Assembly (NCBI GenBank): GCA_965217075.1
Contig: CBDCHC010000005.1
Span: 22,378-86,377, forward strand
Direction of reading: 5' to 3'
DNA: 64,000 nucleotides
From: Gammaproteobacteria bacterium
GTDB taxonomy: Bacteria; Pseudomonadota; Gammaproteobacteria; PS1; Pseudothioglobaceae
The position numbers and the translations under genes are program-made. How positions within the stretch are numbered: position 1 is the stretch's first letter; every line of letters begins with the position of its first letter. Below, one piece after another: positions 20,109 to 31,298 of this stretch. Under the pieces are notes generated by a model that saw only the letters and a program-made list of their open reading frames with translations, was not told the DNA's origin and did no database searches.

Positions 20109-20335
20109 AATAATTTATTTAGTTGTAGAATAAATATTTTAGCATTATCACCGTTACGATAATATTTTTTTCTTATAGTGGTTTGCTTAAAGCCAATTTT
20201 TTTATATAACGCTATAGCAGCGGTATTATTTTCTCTTACTTCTAAGAAAATATTTTTTTTAATATCCTTTAATTTAATTATAAGATTAGTAGCTATAGCT
20301 ATTTTTCTGTATTTTTTATCAACAACTAAACGCAT
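20105..20335 (-). CDS. rimI: ribosomal-protein-alanine N-acetyltransferase (GNAT); C-terminal part from the first ATG, with the frame open upstream to 20518
   Basis: It has the acetyl-CoA motif ([15 protein letters not shown]) and [19 protein letters not shown]. Sixty-one further in-frame codons upstream encode the GNAT N-terminal half but contain no ATG, GTG or TTG. Confidence 0.7.
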   Translation of the reverse strand: MRLVVDKKYRKIAIATNLIIKLKDIKKNIFLEVRENNTAAIALYKKIGFKQTTIRKKYYRNGDNAKIFILQLNKLL

Positions 20336-20505
20336 TATTTCAATAATATCAGTTATTTGATAAACAATAAAACCAATAATTTCTTGATTAATTACTGCTA
20401 AATTTATTAAATAATTTTTATTAAAATAATCAAGTTGCCAGTAATATTTATCATTATTTTTATCTAAACTATAAATTTTTTTAATATCACTATTTTTCGC
20501 TTTTT

Positions 20506-22002
20506 TTATAAGAAATATTTATAAGCTTCATTATTAGTCTCATTATAATAAACATAAGATATTTTATCTAATATTTTCTCTAAAGACAACGTATCATTTG
20601 TTTGAAAACCAACTAAAACTCTGCCGTAAGCAGAGCCATGATTACGATAGTGAAATAATGAAATATTATATTTACCACTAATTTTGGTTAAAAAATCTAA
20701 TAATGCCCCTATTTTTTCTGGAAATTCAAACCTATATAATAATTCACCACCAGTATCGGCTCTGCCGCCAACCATATAACGAATATGAGTTTTAGCAATT
20801 GAATTATCACTTAAATCATAAGCAATAAAATGCTGTTGTAGTTTTATTAATAATTGTTTTTTATTTATAGGGCTACCAACTAAAGATATGCCTACAAAAA
20901 CATAAGCGTTATCTTTAGCTGCAAAACGATAATTAAATTCTGTTATAGTGTAATTTTTAATATAATTACAAAAATTTAAAAAACTACCAGGTTTTTCGTT
21001 AATATTAACAGCAAAAATAACTTCATTTTGCTCGCCTAATTCTGCTCTTTCTGCTACGTAACGTAAGTTGTTAAAATTTATATTACCACCAGAAACAATG
21101 CTAATGATATTTTTTTTATTTATATTATGTTGTTGTATATATTTTTTAATACCAGCAATAGCTAATGCTCCAGATGGCTCTGTTATAGCTCGGCTATCAT
21201 CATATATGTCTTTAATAGCAGCACAAATTTCATCGTTAGTAACTAAAACAGCATCGTCTATTAAATTTTTAGTAATAATAAATGGTAATTTACCAATTTG
21301 TTTGACAGCTACACCATCTGCAAACCTACCAACATCTTGTAGCACTATTCTTTTTTTTGTTTTTAATGTATTATGCATAGTTGGGGTATCTTCTGGCTCA
21401 ACAGCAATAATTTTTATATTAGCATGGTAATGTTTTATATAACTACTGATACCACTAATAAGGCCACCACCCCCAACAGGAATAAATATATAATCAATAT
21501 TTTCTAGTTGTTGCAATAATTCTTTAGCTATAGTTCCTTGACCAGCAATAACATCTAGATCATCATATGGATGAATAAATGCTAACTTATTTTTTTCAGC
21601 TAATTTTTTAGCAAAATTATAACAATCATCATATACATCGCCCTTAAGTATAACTTTTGCCCCTAAATTTTTTACAGCATCTATTTTTATTTGAGTAGTA
21701 TTTATAGGCATAACTATAGTTGCTTGTATTGTTAATTTTTTGGCAGAAAAAGCTACTCCTTGTGCGTGGTTACCAGCAGAAGAGCTTATGACGCCTAATA
21801 ATTTTTGTTCTTTTGTTAGATTTGCTATTTTTTGATAAGCACCACGTATTTTGAAAGAAAAAACATCGCTATTATCTTCACGTTTAAGATATATATTGTT
21901 TGCAAACTTAGTGCTTAATTTATTTGCTAACTCCAGTTTTGAAACTTTTACAACATCATAAACTTTAGAGTTATTTATTATTTTTATTATTTTATTTAAC
22001 AT
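20506..22002 (-). CDS. ilvA: threonine ammonia-lyase, biosynthetic
   Basis: 498 aa with the PLP-Lys motif FSFKIRGA, PVGGGGLISG, and two C-terminal ACT-like regulatory repeats. Confidence 0.94.
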   Translation of the reverse strand: MLNKIIKIINNSKVYDVVKVSKLELANKLSTKFANNIYLKREDNSDVFSFKIRGAYQKIANLTKEQKLLGVISSSAGNHAQGVAFSAKKLTIQATIVMPINTTQIKIDAVKNLGAKVILKGDVYDDCYNFAKKLAEKNKLAFIHPYDDLDVIAGQGTIAKELLQQLENIDYIFIPVGGGGLISGISSYIKHYHANIKIIAVEPEDTPTMHNTLKTKKRIVLQDVGRFADGVAVKQIGKLPFIITKNLIDDAVLVTNDEICAAIKDIYDDSRAITEPSGALAIAGIKKYIQQHNINKKNIISIVSGGNINFNNLRYVAERAELGEQNEVIFAVNINEKPGSFLNFCNYIKNYTITEFNYRFAAKDNAYVFVGISLVGSPINKKQLLIKLQQHFIAYDLSDNSIAKTHIRYMVGGRADTGGELLYRFEFPEKIGALLDFLTKISGKYNISLFHYRNHGSAYGRVLVGFQTNDTLSLEKILDKISYVYYNETNNEAYKYFL

Positions 22003-22763
22003 TATTTATTTTTTTATTATATAACTCTTGTAAATAATCAATACATACAAAAGTATGTTTAGTTTTGTCGCCTGTAATTATATTAAAAGGTTTATTTGGT
22101 TCGCCTAAATTATTAAGCACTACTAAAGCACCAGAAAAATTTTGATTTTTAGTATAGCTATTAATGGTAATAACACTATAAATATTAGCATTATTTGCTG
22201 ATTTAATGCCATTCTCACTATCTTCAAATGCAATTACTTCATTAGCATTTAATTGCATTTTATCTAAAGTATATTTATAAATATCACCAGATGGTTTTTT
22301 ATTATTAACAATATCCCCTGCAGCTATTACTGAAAATTTATTTAAATATTTTTCACCAAGAGTATGTATGATTATTGCTTCTATATTCTCATATGTAGTA
22401 GTTGTAGCTATTGCAATTTTTAAATTAGCATTAATTGCTTCATCAAGTATTCTACTGATACCAGTGCGTAATTTTAGTTGGCCAGTCTGGATAATATTAA
22501 TAAAATTATTGGTCTTTTTTTTATGTATTTTAGCTACAAATTCGTCTAAATTATCTACTTTAAAATTAGTTAAAATATTGATTAATATAATATTTAATTC
22601 TTTCCTTGCCACCAGTTATTTTAAGTAGACGTTTATATGTATTATTTGACCAATGCCAATCAAGGTTAAGAGTTTTAAAGGCCGTATTAAATGCGTAAAG
22701 ATGCGCATCTCTTTCCGTATTAGCTAAAGTGCCATCAACATCAAAGATTAAAGCTTTTAACAT
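21992..22763 (-). pseudogene. CbbY-like HAD-superfamily phosphatase, frameshifted
   Basis: The N-terminal 65-aa ORF ([17 protein letters not shown]...TGGKERI) and the 206-aa ORF (AIATTT..., AAGDIVNNKKPSGDIY, FEDSENG) are collinear with Rhodobacter CbbY. They lie in different frames and overlap at 22566-22612. Confidence 0.8.
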
Positions 22764-22837
22764 AAGAAAATTACAAAAAAATTACAATTTTATCTCATAT
22801 AGGTATAAAATTTCTCTTTTATTTTTTGAAATATGTT

Positions 22838-23245
22838 ATGAAATCAAATTTGAATGATACAGAGGAGTATCAGGTTAAGGACGGTGAAAAGTTTATGAGT
22901 GCTGAGCAAGTTAAGTATTTTAAAAATAAACTTATTGCTTGGAAAAAACAGCTAATAGCTGATGCTAATGTTACTATAAATCATATAAAGAGTAATGATA
23001 ATCATGTTGCAGATGCTAATGATCGTGCTACTTTAGAGGAAGAATTTACTTTAGAGTTAAAGGCGCGTGATAGAGAAAATAAATTAATTAGTAAAATTGA
23101 TCAAGCATTGCACACTATTGAATTAGAGGAATATGGTTATTGCGCTACTTGTGGTGCTGAAATCGGTCTTTCTAGATTAGAGGCCAGACCAACAGCAGAG
23201 GAGTGTATTGATTGTAAAACTATTTCTGAACGTAAAGAATTATAA
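22838..23245 (+). CDS. dksA: RNA polymerase-binding transcription factor DksA
   Basis: It has the coiled-coil tip ADANDRAT and the C4 zinc finger CATCGAEI...CIDCK. An alternative in-frame TTG lies at 22826. Confidence 0.9.
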   Translation: MKSNLNDTEEYQVKDGEKFMSAEQVKYFKNKLIAWKKQLIADANVTINHIKSNDNHVADANDRATLEEEFTLELKARDRENKLISKIDQALHTIELEEYGYCATCGAEIGLSRLEARPTAEECIDCKTISERKEL

Positions 23246-23248
23246 TAT

Positions 23249-23887
23249 ATGCGAGAGATCCTTACTATTGATGGTGCAAGCGGCACAGGTAAAGGAACAG
23301 TTGCAAAAATTATAGCTAAACAAAAAAAGTGGAATTTACTTGACTCAGGCATTATTTATCGTGCTTTAGCATTTAAAGCACAGCAAAATAATGTTAATGA
23401 CGAGGATAGTATAGTTCAATTAGCACTTAAGTTAGATTTAACATTCGGTAAATATATTTTGTTAGATAATATAAATATAGAAAAAATTTTACGTACAGAA
23501 GATATTGCTGCTTTTGCTTCTAAGTTGGCAGTATTTAGCAAAGTACGTAAGGCGTTATTGGAATTACAAAGAGGTTTTGCAGTAGGAAAAGGTTTAGTTG
23601 CAGATGGTAGAGATATGGGTACAGTAGTTTTCCCTCAAGCAAAATATAAAGTATTTTTAACGGCTAATACTAAGATTCGTGCACTTAGACGCGCCAAAGA
23701 GTTGCAACTTACAAATGAGTCTGGTAAAATTGATAAAATTTTGCAGAGCATGGATAAAAGGGATAAGAGGGATAAAACGCGTGGCATTAGCGCTCTTATA
23801 CCAGCAAAAGATGCAGTTATAATTGATACTAGCGATAGTTCAGTTAAAGTTGTGGTGGATAAGATTAACGAACTTATCTTTAATTAA
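23249..23887 (+). CDS. cmk: cytidylate kinase
   Basis: 212 aa with the P-loop IDGASGTGKGT and DGRDMGTVVFP. Sits in cmk-rpsA-ihfB synteny. Confidence 0.94.
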   Translation: MREILTIDGASGTGKGTVAKIIAKQKKWNLLDSGIIYRALAFKAQQNNVNDEDSIVQLALKLDLTFGKYILLDNINIEKILRTEDIAAFASKLAVFSKVRKALLELQRGFAVGKGLVADGRDMGTVVFPQAKYKVFLTANTKIRALRRAKELQLTNESGKIDKILQSMDKRDKRDKTRGISALIPAKDAVIIDTSDSSVKVVVDKINELIFN

Positions 23888-23953
23888 TTACCCGGTATAA
23901 ATAATCTTAATCGTTTTGATTAATTATAACGGTCAATATCAACAATAGATCAT

Positions 23954-25630
23954 ATGTCAGATTCGTTTCAAGAATTATTTGAGAGCAATATAGAGCAACA
24001 AGTTAAAATTAATTCCATTATTCCAGGAATAGTTATAAAAATTTATCGGGAAAAAATCGTATTAAATGTTGGACTAAAATCAGAGGGTTTTATTGATATC
24101 AGTCAATTTAAAAATAAAGATGGAGAAGTTAGTATTAAAGAGGGTGATGTTGTTGAGGTAGCACTTGAATCTATTGACGATGGATTAGGCAACACTATTG
24201 TCTCTTATACTAAAGCACAACATATTAAAATATGGCAGGAATTAAGTAATGCCATGGAGACAAAAAAAATAGTCAAAGGTATTGTTAATAGTAAAATAAA
24301 AGGCGGACTGGCGGTTGATATTGGTATTGTTAAAGCTTTTTTACCAGGTTCTTTAATAGATATTCATCCTATATCTGTAGATGATTTTGATTATTTAAAT
24401 GGACAAGAAATTGAGGTTTTAGTTATTAAAATGGACGAGGTACGCAATAATGTTGTGATATCAAGGAAGGCAGTATTACAAGAGGTTAATGCGGTAGATA
24501 GAGAGGTATTAGTTGCAGGACTTAAAGAAGGACAAGAAATAGATGGTATTGTTAAGAATTTAGTTGATTATGGTGCATTTGTTGATTTAGGCGGAGTTGA
24601 TGGTTTATTGCATATTAATGATATTTCATGGGATAGAGTTTATCACCCTTCAGAAAAATTAAAAATAGGTGATAGAATAAAAGCTAAAGTGCTTAGTTTT
24701 GATGTAGAAAGAATACGTGTATCTTTAGGCCTTAAACAATTAACAGCTAGCCCGTGGGATGGTATTACAGAAAAATTACCAGCAGGTAAAAAAGTACTAG
24801 GTACTGTTAGCAATATTACTGATTATGGTGCTTTTGTTAAAATTGGAGAAGGTATTGAAGGGTTAGTGCATACTAGTGAATTAGACTGGACAAATGCCAA
24901 TGCTCGTGCTGCTAAACTTGTTAAATTAGGACAGGAGGTAGAGGTAGTTATTTTAGATATTAACGAAAGTTTGCATCGTGTTGCTCTTAGCATGAAACAA
25001 GCACAAAATAATCCATGGTCAGAATTTGATATGCAACACAAAAAAGGCGATAAGTTAACTGCTAATATTCGCTCTATCACTGATTTTGGTTTATTTGTAG
25101 GATTAACTGGCGGTATTGATGGTTTAGTATATTTAGCAGATATTTCTTGGGAAAAGCTTTCAAGCGATGAAATTACAAAGACATATAAAAAAGGTCAAGA
25201 AATAGAGGTGGTAGTGCTTAATATAGATGTAGAAAAAGAGCGAATATCGCTTGGAATTAAACAGCTTCAGCAAGACAATTTTAGTTTGTTTGTAGCTGAA
25301 AATAGTAAAAATAGTATTGTAGTTGGTAAAATAGTTGAGCTTGATGCTAAAGGAGCAGTGATTGAGTTGGCAGATGAAGTGAATGGTTATTTAAAAGTAA
25401 GTGAAATATCTGCTACTGAAAAAATAAATGATGCCACAACAAAATTAAATAAAGGCGATGAAATAGAAGCAATAATTGTTAAAATAGATAATAAAAATCG
25501 TAATATATTATTAAGCATTAAAGCTAAAGATATTGCTGTTGAAAGAAGAGAAATTGCGGATTATAATAAACAAGTAAGTAAGCCTACTGGTGCTACTATG
25601 GGTGATTTGTTTGAGGATGCACAAGGTTAA
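23954..25630 (+). CDS. rpsA: 30S ribosomal protein S1
   Basis: 558 aa with six S1 repeats (the recurring DYGAFV/DFGLFV ... GLVH pattern). Confidence 0.96.
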   Translation: MSDSFQELFESNIEQQVKINSIIPGIVIKIYREKIVLNVGLKSEGFIDISQFKNKDGEVSIKEGDVVEVALESIDDGLGNTIVSYTKAQHIKIWQELSNAMETKKIVKGIVNSKIKGGLAVDIGIVKAFLPGSLIDIHPISVDDFDYLNGQEIEVLVIKMDEVRNNVVISRKAVLQEVNAVDREVLVAGLKEGQEIDGIVKNLVDYGAFVDLGGVDGLLHINDISWDRVYHPSEKLKIGDRIKAKVLSFDVERIRVSLGLKQLTASPWDGITEKLPAGKKVLGTVSNITDYGAFVKIGEGIEGLVHTSELDWTNANARAAKLVKLGQEVEVVILDINESLHRVALSMKQAQNNPWSEFDMQHKKGDKLTANIRSITDFGLFVGLTGGIDGLVYLADISWEKLSSDEITKTYKKGQEIEVVVLNIDVEKERISLGIKQLQQDNFSLFVAENSKNSIVVGKIVELDAKGAVIELADEVNGYLKVSEISATEKINDATTKLNKGDEIEAIIVKIDNKNRNILLSIKAKDIAVERREIADYNKQVSKPTGATMGDLFEDAQG

Positions 25631-25631
25631 T

Positions 25632-25913
25632 ATGAATAAAAACCAACTAATTAAAGTAATTGCTAATGATTTTAACTTATCAATTCATGAGGTTAAAAAT
25701 AACATTAACATTATCATAGATACCATAACTAATTCTATTAAATCAGGTGAAGGATGTGAAATTAGAGGATTTGGTTCTTTTAGCAGAAAGTATAAAAAAT
25801 CTAGAGTTGGCATTAATCCTAAAACTAGAGAAAAAACTATAGTTGAAGAGAAATTTACATCATTTTTTAAAACTAGTAAAGAATTAAAAAAAATAGTAGA
25901 TAATAAAAGATAA
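25632..25913 (+). CDS. ihfB: integration host factor subunit beta
   Basis: 93 aa from the ATG at 25632, with CEIRGFGSFS and GINPKTREK. It follows rpsA as in E. coli. The track ORF start at 25590 lies inside rpsA. Confidence 0.9.
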   Translation: MNKNQLIKVIANDFNLSIHEVKNNINIIIDTITNSIKSGEGCEIRGFGSFSRKYKKSRVGINPKTREKTIVEEKFTSFFKTSKELKKIVDNKR

Positions 25914-25934
25914 TTACATTAAAATTTACACTTT

Positions 25935-26010
25935 GGGTCGTTAGCTCAGTTGGTAGAGCACCGCACTTTTAATGCGATGGTCGAGCGTTCGAATCGCTCA
26001 CGACCCACCA
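25935..26010 (+). tRNA. tRNA-Lys (TTT)
   Basis: 76-nt cloverleaf. The acceptor is GGGTCGT/ACGACCC, the anticodon loop is CTTTTAA, the T-loop is TTCGAAT, and CCA is encoded. Confidence 0.95.
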
Positions 26011-26035
26011 CTAATTAATAAAAAAAACTAAGGCT

Positions 26036-28858
26036 TTATAATAATATTAAACTATCTGCTAAAGGCTCTATAGAGATGACTATATTGTTTAATGTTATTT
26101 GTATATCAGTGCCGGCATTATCACCATTAGCATCTATATTTATTATAGTATTATTATTATTGTTGGTGATAGTTAGAAAATTATTTAAATCATCCGCATT
26201 AGCATAAGTTAATAAGTTAGATAAATCTAGGTTATCCATTAGTAGAGAAAATCCATAAATAATGTCATTGCCATCATTTATATTATTATATACTATAGTA
26301 TCGCTACCATTGCCAGCGTATATATTATCATTTCCACCGCCACCGGTTATTATATTACTACCGTCATAAACATATATATTGTTATTAGCATTATTAGCAA
26401 TAATTTGATTATCGCCATTATTACCATATATATTATTTACACTTGTTGTAATATGATTATCAGCATTAATCGTAAGCTCTGCATTATATTTAGTGATAAA
26501 ATCACCATCTATAGTAATTTCTTTTATTTGTATATCATTAACTGCATAAAACCCTTTATTAAGTAAAAATCCATTCTCTGTTGAACTAAGACCTAAATTA
26601 CGCATACCATTACTATCAGGAGCTATTTGCCAGTTATTACCGCCATCAATAGAGTATTCCCAATTGCTGCTATTAACTAAATTATCTATTTTAAATACAG
26701 GAACTGTAGTATTATTATCTATAAAAGAAAAACTCAAATCATTTTGTTTTTCGCTTATAATAATTTGAGTTACAGAACTATAATACTTAAAATCAGTAAC
26801 ATTATTATTAATATTAACTTTAATATTACTTATATCAGTAGTTTGAGTTATAGTAAAAAAAGTATTACCAGCGCCATTTTCCCAGTTAATACCAGCATTT
26901 GTACTCCATTGCCAATCAGTATCATTATTAATTCCTATTATATTTATAACTCCATTACTGGTCCTACCATCTTTAGCATTTATACCATTATCATCAGATA
27001 ATATTAAGGCTGTTGTTACATTGATAGCACTAGAGTTTTTTTGGTAAACAGTATTAATATTGCAAGCATTGTCAATTTGTCTAACTTGAATTTGGTTTAC
27101 AGCATAGTTACCAGCTTCTAAGGTAAAAAAATCACTACTATCTTGGGTTATTACTTGAGTCCAAGTAGCTCCACTATCAACTGAATATTCCCAAAATTCA
27201 TCACTTAAGCCAGTAACTTCAACAATACCTTGTATTTCAGTATTTCTAGTATTGATAGAATAATTATCATTTGGGGCGCTAGTATCTAATATTGCAATAC
27301 CATTTTCATTTAATAAATAATGTTTTTCAATATTATTTGTTCTACGAACAGCAATATCTTGCTTATTGTACTGTTGATCATTGTTTGCATCAGTTGGTAG
27401 TTTAAAATATTTGCCACCACCAGTATACCAATTATTGCCGTCATAGGTATATTCCCAGTTACCAATATTATTTATAGAAAAAATACCCACTCTATCAAAC
27501 ATAGTTATGCTATCAGTTGGATTTTGCCCACTATCCTTTTCTAATGATAAAAATATTCTATCATTTAAATATCCTTCGTAGTTATTATTATTGATATAGC
27601 TATCTAAAATATTAATATTATCATTAGCTGCATTAGTTTTTGCTGCTCCAATTGCCAATTGCTCTTTAGCGCTTTCTTTTAAACTTATCCCAGTTGTATC
27701 AATATTAATACCATTTTTTAAAATATTAATACTATCACTTACATCGCCAATCCCAGAAATTGCCGCTAAAGTTTTGCCATAATTAATAGAAGCCTCATTG
27801 GCATTTATTAAATCAGGATTAACTATAGTTTTTTTATTCATAGAGCTAACAAGAGGGGTTGGTATATTAGTAATAATATTATCAAGACCAAATGCTTGAG
27901 CAATGTTATTATTAGTTGCATCAACTTCACTAATACTAAGAGTTGTGTTTTGTGCTAATTTTCCTGAAACACTAATACCCATTAATTGTGCTGCTATGGT
28001 AGTAATGGGGGTAATAGTTATTTTAGTATTTTCACCTGTGGTATTAAAGACAGCAAATAACATAACATTTAAGTCAATTTCTTCACCTGTTTTTTCATCT
28101 ACATAATCATCACTATCTATGTAGCCATTTTTAGCTGATTTATCAGTAACACTAACATAACCGGCGCCTTTATAAGTACCTAAATTAGCATTAAATTTAT
28201 TATCTTTAAAAGCCCCATCACTGATGTAAGTGCCATCATTTTTATAAAATTTAACTACAAGACTATTTGTAGCTATAATTTCACCTAACACTATAATAGC
28301 AGAAATAGTATTAGCACTAAGTAGTGGGGCAGCAGCTGCTGCAGTAGCAGTACCAGCTGCAACACCAATACCAACACCAGTAGCAGCAACACCAGCAATA
28401 CTTGAAGTAGAAAATCCCTCGCCATAATATACTTCAGTAAAGCTTTCAGCGAATAACGGTGATTTAGCAGTGCTAATTTTAGATAATGTTGCATCATCAC
28501 CATTAAAAAATACAATTTCTGAACCATCTGCTAGTCCAATAAAATTACCTTCAGTAACATAATATATGTTATCTTGAGCTGGTAAAGATACAATGCATGA
28601 TAAATCTGTAGTGCAGTTATTAAAATATTCATCAAAGATAATATTAGTGTTATTTTCTAGAGATATTTCTAAATTATTACCATTTTTACTAGCAATATAA
28701 GCTTTATTAGTATCTATAATATAATTATTGCCAAAATCAATGGTTATGTGTTTGTCAGTTTTTATTGTAGGCTGTACAATTTCATTAGTAAAATATTTAC
28801 TAGCCTCTTGTGCTTTTTGCTGCAGAGCTCTTAGTTCTTTGGCTGTTTTTGTTGGCAT
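26036..28858 (-). CDS. large RTX-type secreted adhesin-like protein (type I secretion C-terminal target domain)
   Basis: 940 aa. An N-terminal beta-rich module is followed by a Gly/Ala-rich hydrophobic stretch (aa 152-200). Four ~90-aa modules each carry a W-E-Y-S-x-D-x-G-x-x-W Asp-box-like motif (aa 468, 556, 649, 733). The C-terminus has GGxGxD-like repeats (GGGGNDNIYAGNGSDTIVY) and a DLSNLL...INIDANGDN secretion domain. Confidence 0.8.
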   Translation of the reverse strand: MPTKTAKELRALQQKAQEASKYFTNEIVQPTIKTDKHITIDFGNNYIIDTNKAYIASKNGNNLEISLENNTNIIFDEYFNNCTTDLSCIVSLPAQDNIYYVTEGNFIGLADGSEIVFFNGDDATLSKISTAKSPLFAESFTEVYYGEGFSTSSIAGVAATGVGIGVAAGTATAAAAAPLLSANTISAIIVLGEIIATNSLVVKFYKNDGTYISDGAFKDNKFNANLGTYKGAGYVSVTDKSAKNGYIDSDDYVDEKTGEEIDLNVMLFAVFNTTGENTKITITPITTIAAQLMGISVSGKLAQNTTLSISEVDATNNNIAQAFGLDNIITNIPTPLVSSMNKKTIVNPDLINANEASINYGKTLAAISGIGDVSDSINILKNGINIDTTGISLKESAKEQLAIGAAKTNAANDNINILDSYINNNNYEGYLNDRIFLSLEKDSGQNPTDSITMFDRVGIFSINNIGNWEYTYDGNNWYTGGGKYFKLPTDANNDQQYNKQDIAVRRTNNIEKHYLLNENGIAILDTSAPNDNYSINTRNTEIQGIVEVTGLSDEFWEYSVDSGATWTQVITQDSSDFFTLEAGNYAVNQIQVRQIDNACNINTVYQKNSSAINVTTALILSDDNGINAKDGRTSNGVINIIGINNDTDWQWSTNAGINWENGAGNTFFTITQTTDISNIKVNINNNVTDFKYYSSVTQIIISEKQNDLSFSFIDNNTTVPVFKIDNLVNSSNWEYSIDGGNNWQIAPDSNGMRNLGLSSTENGFLLNKGFYAVNDIQIKEITIDGDFITKYNAELTINADNHITTSVNNIYGNNGDNQIIANNANNNIYVYDGSNIITGGGGNDNIYAGNGSDTIVYNNINDGNDIIYGFSLLMDNLDLSNLLTYANADDLNNFLTITNNNNNTIINIDANGDNAGTDIQITLNNIVISIEPLADSLILL

Positions 28859-28883
28859 TAAGATTATTTAATAAAAAATAAGC

Positions 28884-29366
28884 TTATATTATACGTAATA
28901 AATTGATATTTTTTTGTAGTTTTTTAATCAACTTATCAATACTTCCCAGAGTAGGTATTATTAATTTTGGTGTAATTTCTATAAGCGGTACTAATACAAA
29001 ATCTCTATTTGCCATTTCAGGGTGAGGGACTATTAAGTTTTTATTTTTTATTATTTTATCACCAAAAAGCAATATATCTAAATCTATAGTTCTTGCCCCC
29101 CATTTTTTTAATTTTACTCTATGTTGTTGTTGTTCTATATCTTGGCAAATACTCAGCAAATCTAAAGCGTTAATACTACTTGTCTGAATCTTACATACAG
29201 CATTTAAATAATCTGGTTGTTTAGAGCTATCAAATGGTTTGGATTTATAAATACCTGATAAAGATATAATTTTAATATTTTTGTTATTACTTAGAGATAG
29301 TAATGCATTTTTTATTTGTTGTTCTGGTTTATTTAGATTAGAGCCAAGTCCTATATATGAAAACAT
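28884..29366 (-). CDS. folK: 2-amino-4-hydroxy-6-hydroxymethyldihydropteridine diphosphokinase
   Basis: 160 aa with YIGLGSNL, QPDYLNAV, RTIDLDILLF and VPHPEM. Confidence 0.92.
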   Translation of the reverse strand: MFSYIGLGSNLNKPEQQIKNALLSLSNNKNIKIISLSGIYKSKPFDSSKQPDYLNAVCKIQTSSINALDLLSICQDIEQQQHRVKLKKWGARTIDLDILLFGDKIIKNKNLIVPHPEMANRDFVLVPLIEITPKLIIPTLGSIDKLIKKLQKNINLLRII

Positions 29367-29368
29367 AT

Positions 29369-31115
<1,747 letters not shown>

Positions 31116-31298
31116 TTATTTTAAGTAATTAAAGGATTAAAATTAAGTTTTATATTATACCTTTTAGGCGTTATTTATACTTTTATTTATTATTTATTAC
31201 TACCTATAATTATTATTAGAACTTTAGTTAAAAGTAGTGCAAGTTTAAGTCAAAAGATTGTTTTTAAACAAAGAAAAAATATAGCTAAAACAATTCAT

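Noticed and set aside
28259-28405. A LapG-type di-alanine cleavage site in the Ala-rich linker of the 940-aa RTX protein.
   Set aside because: Several AA dipeptides are present (VAAG, TAAAAA), but none sits in a clean (T/A/P)AA(G/V) context after a recognisable retention module, and no lapG or lapD is in the window. I mention it only as a hypothesis in the corresponding finding.
25935-28883. A genomic island integrated at tRNA-Lys that carries the RTX adhesin gene.
   Set aside because: I found no integrase, no direct repeat of the tRNA 3' end at the far boundary (28859-28883), and only one gene. Island status is therefore not supported; I report only the adjacency.
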